Assembly: GCA_963665115.1 (NCBI GenBank)
Contig: OY762007.1
Location: 2,336,001 to 2,400,000 of the forward strand
Length of the DNA stretch: 64,000 nt
Source of the DNA: an uncultured Rivularia sp.
GTDB taxonomy: Bacteria; Cyanobacteriota; Cyanobacteriia; Cyanobacteriales; Nostocaceae
Direction: 5' to 3'
Positions 58,118 to 64,000 of this stretch are shown here, in pieces (the stretch's first letter is position 1; each line of letters opens with the position of its first letter). Position numbers and translations under genes: made by a program. Under the pieces are notes generated by a model. The model was not told the origin of the DNA and searched no databases. It was given only the letters and a program-made list of their open reading frames with translations.

Positions 58118-59608
58118 GTGAGTAAAAACATCATTGTCGTAGGTGCGGGACCGGGTGGATTAGCTACAGCTTTACGGCTAAAAGGTCAGGGTTATAACGT
58201 AGAAATATATGAATCAAGCAATCGCGTTGGTGGAAGAATGCGCGGTTTTCAAGATGGTGATTATGCTTTCGATACTGGCCCAACTATCCTGCAATTACCA
58301 AATCTTTACGACGATTTATTTGCTAGTGCTGGACTCAAACGAGAAGATTATATAACTTTTACTCGTTTAGAACCCTACACCAAATTACGCTTTTGGGACG
58401 ATTCGACACTAGAACTCACTACCGATTTTGATAAATTAAAGCATCAATTAGCCGCATTTCGTGAAGATTTACCCGCAGCTTTTGACCGTTGGTATGCTGA
58501 GGAAACGAAGAAATATGACGCTGGTTACGAACCTTACCTCAGTCAACCCGCTCGTTCGATTCTGGGGTATATGCGACCTGACGAACTGGGTACGGGTTTA
58601 AAATTTAAACCTTGGGAAACCCTTTATCAACACTTTTGGAATGCTTTTCGAGATGAGCGATTGGTTTATGCTCTCTCCTATCCAGCCAAATATTTGGGAA
58701 TGCATCCAACCCTTAGCGCTAGTGTATTTAGTTTGATTCCCTATATTGAAATGGCTTTTGGAGTTTGGCATCCTCAAGGAGGATTTCGCGCTTTGGCTCA
58801 AGCTATAGCCAAAGGATTCCAGGATTTAGGGGGAAAAATTCATTTGAATACACCAGTAAAACAAGTATGGCTGGAAAATCGTCAAGTGCAAGGAGTAGAA
58901 CTCGAAAATGGAGAACGAATAAAAGCAGATACTGTTGTAGTAAACGCCGACTTTGCTAGTGCGGTACAAACTTTGATTCCCCAAACAGCACAAGGGAAAT
59001 ACACCGAAAAATTCTTTGCTAAAAAACAGTTTTCCTGTTCTACATTTATGCTGTATTTGGGAGTTAATAAACGTTATGATAATTTACCCCATCACCAACT
59101 CTATTTATCCGAACATATTCGTAAACGAGAAAAACCTTTTGTCAATGACTCAGCATTAGATGAAATTAACCCACCATTTTACGTATGTAATCCGACTCCG
59201 GTAGATTCGAGCAACGCACCGGAAGGACATTCAACCCTTTATGTTTTAGTACCAATTCCTCACACCGGATATGGTGTTGATTGGCAGAAAAAAGCAAGAA
59301 GCTATCGAGATTTAGTTATTAAAAGATTGCCGTTGTTGGGATTTGATGGAGTAGAAAAACATATTGTTAGCGAGACTTGCTACACTGCCGATAATTGGCA
59401 GAATGATTATTCAGTTTACTTAGGTGCAGTTTTTAATCTTAGTCATAACTGGCTGCAACTTGGTCCATTTCGTCCCCCGATTCGTTCGGAATATATCGAT
59501 AAACTTTATTGGGTTGGTGGAGCGGTTCATCCCGGTAGCGGATTGATGACAATTTTGGAGTCAGCTAAGAATACCGCTGGGTTTGTTGGGGAAGATTTGG
59601 TTAAATGA
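58118..59608 (+). CDS. Phytoene desaturase (CrtI/CrtN) family FAD oxidoreductase
   Basis: VVGAGPGGL, GGR....DG.Y.FDTGPT, WHPQGG, FMLYLG, APEGH..LYVLVP.P, VHPGSG. Confidence 0.9.
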   Translation: MSKNIIVVGAGPGGLATALRLKGQGYNVEIYESSNRVGGRMRGFQDGDYAFDTGPTILQLPNLYDDLFASAGLKREDYITFTRLEPYTKLRFWDDSTLELTTDFDKLKHQLAAFREDLPAAFDRWYAEETKKYDAGYEPYLSQPARSILGYMRPDELGTGLKFKPWETLYQHFWNAFRDERLVYALSYPAKYLGMHPTLSASVFSLIPYIEMAFGVWHPQGGFRALAQAIAKGFQDLGGKIHLNTPVKQVWLENRQVQGVELENGERIKADTVVVNADFASAVQTLIPQTAQGKYTEKFFAKKQFSCSTFMLYLGVNKRYDNLPHHQLYLSEHIRKREKPFVNDSALDEINPPFYVCNPTPVDSSNAPEGHSTLYVLVPIPHTGYGVDWQKKARSYRDLVIKRLPLLGFDGVEKHIVSETCYTADNWQNDYSVYLGAVFNLSHNWLQLGPFRPPIRSEYIDKLYWVGGAVHPGSGLMTILESAKNTAGFVGEDLVK

Positions 59609-59723
59609 GACTCTTTTATTTGAGGTTAAAAAATTAAAAAACCGCACAGACGCAGAGACTTTCTTATATAAATAAACCCCACCTGGGTTTTATAATTACC
59701 TCAATAACTTGATATAAACCCCA

Positions 59724-60990
59724 ATGACGACACAAGTTAATTCGCTCTGGCTTCCGTATGCACAAATGAAGACCGTTCCAGCCCCGTATCGAGTAGTTCG
59801 GGCAGAGGGGGTCAAGCTTTACCTTGATGATGGTACGGCGCTTATTGACGGTATCTCTTCGTGGTGGTGTGTTATTCACGGGTACAATCATCCCGTCCTC
59901 AATAAGGCAGCTCGGGAACAGCTTGCAAAATTCGCTCATGTTATGCTTGGGGGTCTTGTTAACGATGCAGCAATTAATCTAGCCGAGACCTTAGTCAGGA
60001 TTACTCCACCTGGTCTCAATCACGTGTTCTTTGGTGATAGCGGCTCAGTGGGAGTAGAAATTGCGCTAAAAATGGCAATTCAGTTCTGGCGCAACAAAGG
60101 GGTTTCCCAGAAAAGCCGTTTCGTAGCGCTACGTCGGGGATATCACGGCGATACAACAGGTGCAATGTCGGTAAGTGACGACGATGAAGGGATGCACCGA
60201 TTGTTTAAAGGGGGTCATGCTCCCCCAGTATTTTGTTGATGCACCGAGCGGGGATAACATAGAGTCTGACCAATGCCAAGCATCGCTTTCTCAACTCGCG
60301 GAGCTTTTAAAATCGAACAATAGCGAGATTGCTGCTGTCATTCTCGAACCGATATTTCAAGGGGCTGGTGGCTTTCGCTTCTATCCCCCAGAGTATTTAT
60401 TCCAGACCCGAAAACTTTGTGATGAATACGGAGTCCTACTCATCTTCGACGAGATAGCCACGGGTTTCGGACGAACAGGAGCCTTATTCGCAGCAGAACT
60501 TGCCAATGTCACCCCGGACATCATGGTGCTTAGTAAAGCGCTCACAGGGGGATACTTCGGACTATCGGCGACTATCGCTACCAGCCAAGTCTACGATTCC
60601 TTTCTCAGCGACGACCCGGAATTAGCCTTCATGCACGGACCTACTTTCATGGGAAATGCAGTAGCCTGTGCTGTGGCTTTGGCAAGTATCAACCTTATTG
60701 AAACAGAAAACTACCTCAGTAAAATCAAAGCGATTGAGCAAGTGCTTAAAGAAGAAATTCTGGGATTAGAAGGACCATCGCTTTGCGACGCACGAGTACT
60801 TGGAGCCATCGGAGTCCTAGAGTTTGAATCTCCGTCAAATCTCATCGGATTCAGGGAGTTTGCACTAAAACGGGGAGTTTGGCTGCGTCCGTATAGCAAG
60901 TGGCTGTACGCGATGCCCCCATACGTTATTAGTGAAGACGACTTGCGACAACTTACCGCAGTCATGAAAGAGTGGGTATCGCACTCGTAA
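59724..60990 (+). pseudogene. bioA: Adenosylmethionine-8-amino-7-oxononanoate aminotransferase with a one-base frameshift at G5 (60210-60214)
   Basis: LWLPYAQM, DGISSWWCVIHG, HVMLGG, SGSVGVEIALKMA, GYHGDT, DEIATGFGRTG, SKALTGG (PLP Lys), HGPTFMGN. Removing one G joins HRLFKG to VMLPQYF. Confidence 0.9.
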
Positions 60991-61271
60991 AGGAAGCACT
61001 AAAAATACTTAATAAATAGTTTGTAGATTGGGTTAGGTTCACCAAAATTATAATTTTGAACGAATAATTTATATTTGAACCGTAACCCAACATTAATGCT
61101 GGGAGTATTTCATCATGTTTATCTGCAATTCTGATGTTGAGTGACGGCACGAAAAAATAAATAAGTAAGTAAACAAAAATATTTACCGTCATTGCGTAAT
61201 TAATTATGTTTAACTACTTATTTTAATTAGAAGCGAAATTGTGTATTCGTATCTAACCCAACTAACAACTA

Positions 61272-61395
61272 AGCTGATGTGCAGCTAAATTGAATAATGC
61301 GAAAATTTAACAAGGTTGTAGTGCGTTAGCGGAGCGTGTCCGCAAGGACATACATCTTGCTCGCTAGTACTATACAAATTAAATGCGTAGCAGCT
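61272..61395. mobile_element. TA-flanked MITE (AGCTG ends) containing a REP that is itself interrupted by a small element
   Basis: TA|agctgatgtgcagctaaattgaata ... tatacaaattaaatgcgtagcagct|TA; internal gtagtgcg[ttagcggagcgtgtccgcaaggacata]catcttgctcgc. Confidence 0.65.
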
Positions 61396-61405
61396 TAACA
61401 ACTAA

Positions 61406-62299
61406 CTAAAGTCCTTTAACCTGACGAAACTCGGTAACAACTTCGCTAATTTTGCGTAACTCACCTTCAACTTGATAATTAAGCTGCTGCATTTCATCAG
61501 CAGTAAGAATTCCAGCTATCTGAGATAGAGGTTTTTGCAACTGCGGATATTTTTTCAAAGTTTCCTTGCGGACAATCGGTGCAGCTTCATAAGGTGGAAA
61601 ATATTTCTTATCATCTTTTAATATCACCAAACCCAAACGAGCAATTTGTCCGTCGGTAGAGTTATTAACTACTACATCCACCAAGTCTTGAGTTAATGCT
61701 CGATATATCAAACCCAAATCCATACTCTTAGGTCTTCCTTCAAACTGCAAATTATAAGCTTTAATTAATCCCGGCAAACCATCTTCTCTTTCAGCAAACT
61801 CATAGCCGATGCCAATATCCCACTTTGGTACATACTTAGCAGCTTCAGAAATAGTTTTAATATTGTATTTCTTGGCCGTTTCACCGCGAACTATCACCGC
61901 ATAAGTATTTTCAAAACCCAAAGGTTGCGTCACTTCTAAATTAAACTGTTTCTCATAAGCTTGTTTGACCGCATCGTAAACCTTTCTCGGATCGTCAATC
62001 ACACTTTTTTTCAAAATCGTCGTTAAAGCCGTCCCCGTATATTCTATATAAGCATCAATGTTGCCAGTACGAAGAGCCTCATGGCAGAGTATAGTACCAT
62101 TTAACCTTGTACGGTCAACTTTTAGATCGGTGGTAGCCTCAATTTGCTGCGCTAAAAGTTCTACTAAAATATCTTGTTCGGTAAAGGCTTTTGATGCTAT
62201 TACGATATCCCCACCATTACTATTCGAGCTAATACCACATCCAGCAAACGCCAAACTCAAACAGAAACAAACAACTAATAGCGTAAAAAATTTCTTCAT
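61406..62299 (-). CDS. Osmoprotectant (glycine betaine/choline) ABC transporter substrate-binding lipoprotein
   Basis: Lipobox FAGC, SKAFTEQ, YIEYTGT, GFENTYA, EF.ER.DG, DDK.YFPPY. Confidence 0.92.
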   Translation of the reverse strand: MKKFFTLLVVCFCLSLAFAGCGISSNSNGGDIVIASKAFTEQDILVELLAQQIEATTDLKVDRTRLNGTILCHEALRTGNIDAYIEYTGTALTTILKKSVIDDPRKVYDAVKQAYEKQFNLEVTQPLGFENTYAVIVRGETAKKYNIKTISEAAKYVPKWDIGIGYEFAEREDGLPGLIKAYNLQFEGRPKSMDLGLIYRALTQDLVDVVVNNSTDGQIARLGLVILKDDKKYFPPYEAAPIVRKETLKKYPQLQKPLSQIAGILTADEMQQLNYQVEGELRKISEVVTEFRQVKGL

Positions 62300-62458
62300 T
62301 TTTTATTCAATTATTTCAATAACAATATTTAGGAGTTAGTAGTGAGTAGTGAGTAGTGAGTAGCAACCAATTCGTTTTTATTATTGGCTCCTCAACTATC
62401 TATTCTAATTTCTTTACTCTTTACTCTTTACTCGCTACTTAAACAATCTCTCTCTCAA

Positions 62459-63094
62459 CTAACCCTTCCCTTTAGTCAAGCTGCGTTCCAAGGCTCCAAT
62501 CCCTAAATCTGCAATCAGCGCAATGAATGCAGCAGGAACCGCACCAGCTAGAATCAACTGATTGTTTACCAAAGAAATGCCGCGAAAAATAAATACTCCT
62601 AAACCACCAGCACCAATCGCTGCTGCAATAGTTGCAATGCCGATACCAATTACCATTGCAACTCGTACACCCGCCAAAATGACTCCTAACGCCAAAGGAA
62701 TTTCTACTTGAAACAATAATTCCCTATCCGTCATTCCCATCCCGCGCCCAGCTTCGCGAATCGCCGGGTTTACATTCATGATACCAGTGTAAGTATTTCT
62801 AATTATGGGCAAAAAAGAATACAAAGTAAGTGCGAAAATTGCCGGAACCGGACCAATCCCACCAATAATAGGAACTGGAATCAGCAAACCCAACAGAGCC
62901 AAACTAGGAATCGTTTGGAAAATATTCGCAACACCTAGAATAGGCTGACGAAGAGCTTTATTACGAGTAATTAAAATCCCTAAAGGAATACCTATAATTG
63001 TTGCAATACTAATCGCAATAATCACTAACACCAAATGTTCAATACTGCGTTCAATAATTTCCGAACCGTATTTAATTAGAAAGAAATCACTCAT
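62459..63094 (-). CDS. Osmoprotectant ABC transporter permease
   Basis: QTIPSLAL, LPIIRNTY.G, EAGRGMGM, IGAGGLG..IF.G. ATG at 63094 preferred (the upstream ATG lies in an STRR). Confidence 0.92.
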   Translation of the reverse strand: MSDFFLIKYGSEIIERSIEHLVLVIIAISIATIIGIPLGILITRNKALRQPILGVANIFQTIPSLALLGLLIPVPIIGGIGPVPAIFALTLYSFLPIIRNTYTGIMNVNPAIREAGRGMGMTDRELLFQVEIPLALGVILAGVRVAMVIGIGIATIAAAIGAGGLGVFIFRGISLVNNQLILAGAVPAAFIALIADLGIGALERSLTKGKG

Positions 63095-63223
63095 ATTTAT
63101 AAAATAATATTGGGCATTGGGCATTGGGCATTGGTAATTGGTAATTGGTAATTGGTAATTGGTAATTGGCTAAATATTAATTAACTCCCAACCTTTAACC
63201 TTTAACCTTTAACCTTTGACTTT

Positions 63224-63973
63224 TTAAACCGCTGTTTCCAAACATTTGAGAAAAGCAACTGCTTCCGGATGCGAAGTAGTCTTGAATTCTTCTGGAGTTC
63301 CCAAGAATACCAGTTCTCCCCCGTACATTAAACCAATTCTCGTCCCTAAAACAAAGGCTTCTTGAATATCGTGAGTTACAAACACAACGGTTTTACCTAA
63401 ATCCTGCTGCAACCGTTTAAATTCTTGCTGAAGTTCCAATCTTGTAATTGGATCTAATGCCCCAAAAGGTTCATCCATCAATAATACTGGAGGATCGGCA
63501 GCCAATGCTCTGGCTACACCTACACGCTGTCTTTGTCCACCGGAAAGTTCGTGGGGATATCTAGAAGCAAATTGCTCGGGTTCTAAACCTACGAGCTTCA
63601 ATAATTCAAAGGCTCGCGATTTTATTTGTTTGGAGTTCCAACCTTCTAATGAAGGAACTAAACCTACATTACGTTCGATTGTAAAATGAGGGAATAATCC
63701 TGTCTCTTGAATTACATAACCAATTTTGCGTCTGAGCTTGATTTCATCCCATTCAGTTGTTGACTTACCATCAAATACTACTTGACCTTCCGTAGGACGA
63801 TACAAACGGTTAATTAGCTTCATTGTAGTACTTTTACCGCTACCGCTACGTCCTAAAAGTATTAACGCTTCTCCTTTACGAATTTGAAAGTTAAGATTTG
63901 ATACTAATTGATTGTGATTGATACTGAGAGTAACATTACGGAACTCTACAGCGTATTCATTTTTCTGTGACAT
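63224..63973 (-). CDS. Osmoprotectant ABC transporter ATP-binding protein
   Basis: GRSGSGKST, LRRKIGYVIQ..GLFPH, YPHELSGGQRQRVG, MDEPFGALDP. Confidence 0.93.
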   Translation of the reverse strand: MSQKNEYAVEFRNVTLSINHNQLVSNLNFQIRKGEALILLGRSGSGKSTTMKLINRLYRPTEGQVVFDGKSTTEWDEIKLRRKIGYVIQETGLFPHFTIERNVGLVPSLEGWNSKQIKSRAFELLKLVGLEPEQFASRYPHELSGGQRQRVGVARALAADPPVLLMDEPFGALDPITRLELQQEFKRLQQDLGKTVVFVTHDIQEAFVLGTRIGLMYGGELVFLGTPEEFKTTSHPEAVAFLKCLETAV

Positions 63974-64000
63974 GGATAATTTAACTCTTTCGGCTTATTT

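Noticed and set aside
60200..60216. Programmed -1 frameshift at TTTAAAG in bioA
   Set aside because: The downstream frame is +1, not -1, and the heptamer is not phased as X XXY YYZ in the upstream frame; an extra G explains it.

Overview
AT-rich chromosomal window from a filamentous, most likely heterocyst-forming (Nostocales-like) cyanobacterium. The assignment rests on many HIP1 GCGATCGC sites, 7-bp STRR tandem repeats in most intergenic regions, and cyanobacteria-typical families (DUF928, DUF1822, Uma2, fibrillin, NurA). The window holds about 50 genes: mntABC with two ManR boxes, an osmoprotectant ABC transporter, dacB, NDH-2, two histidine kinases, two AraC modules, an orphan C5 DNA methyltransferase, two NACHT/STAND proteins, a glycosyltransferase-DedA-flavoprotein cluster, a MarR/crtI-like pair and a GC-rich, apparently foreign bioA. 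The best candidate for an undescribed system is at 0.5-8.4 kb. There a sigma-70-like factor plus DUF1822 is transcribed divergently from a membrane CHAT(caspase-like)-CHASE2 protease with an intact His/Cys dyad and a secreted DUF928 protein, a layout resembling a CRISPR-free Craspase-type protease/anti-sigma/sigma relay. The window also has a layered mini-mobilome: an intact IS630 whose ends recur on short MITEs carrying REP-like cargo, other TA-flanked MITEs (one cleanly disrupting a DUF4058 gene), nested very small repeats, and a GC-rich 39-46 bp tandem array bracketed by inverted REPs. Three genes each carry a single extra base in a short homopolymer, which may be assembly error. No rRNA, tRNA or CRISPR array was recognised. 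Family names come from motif recognition by eye, not database searches.
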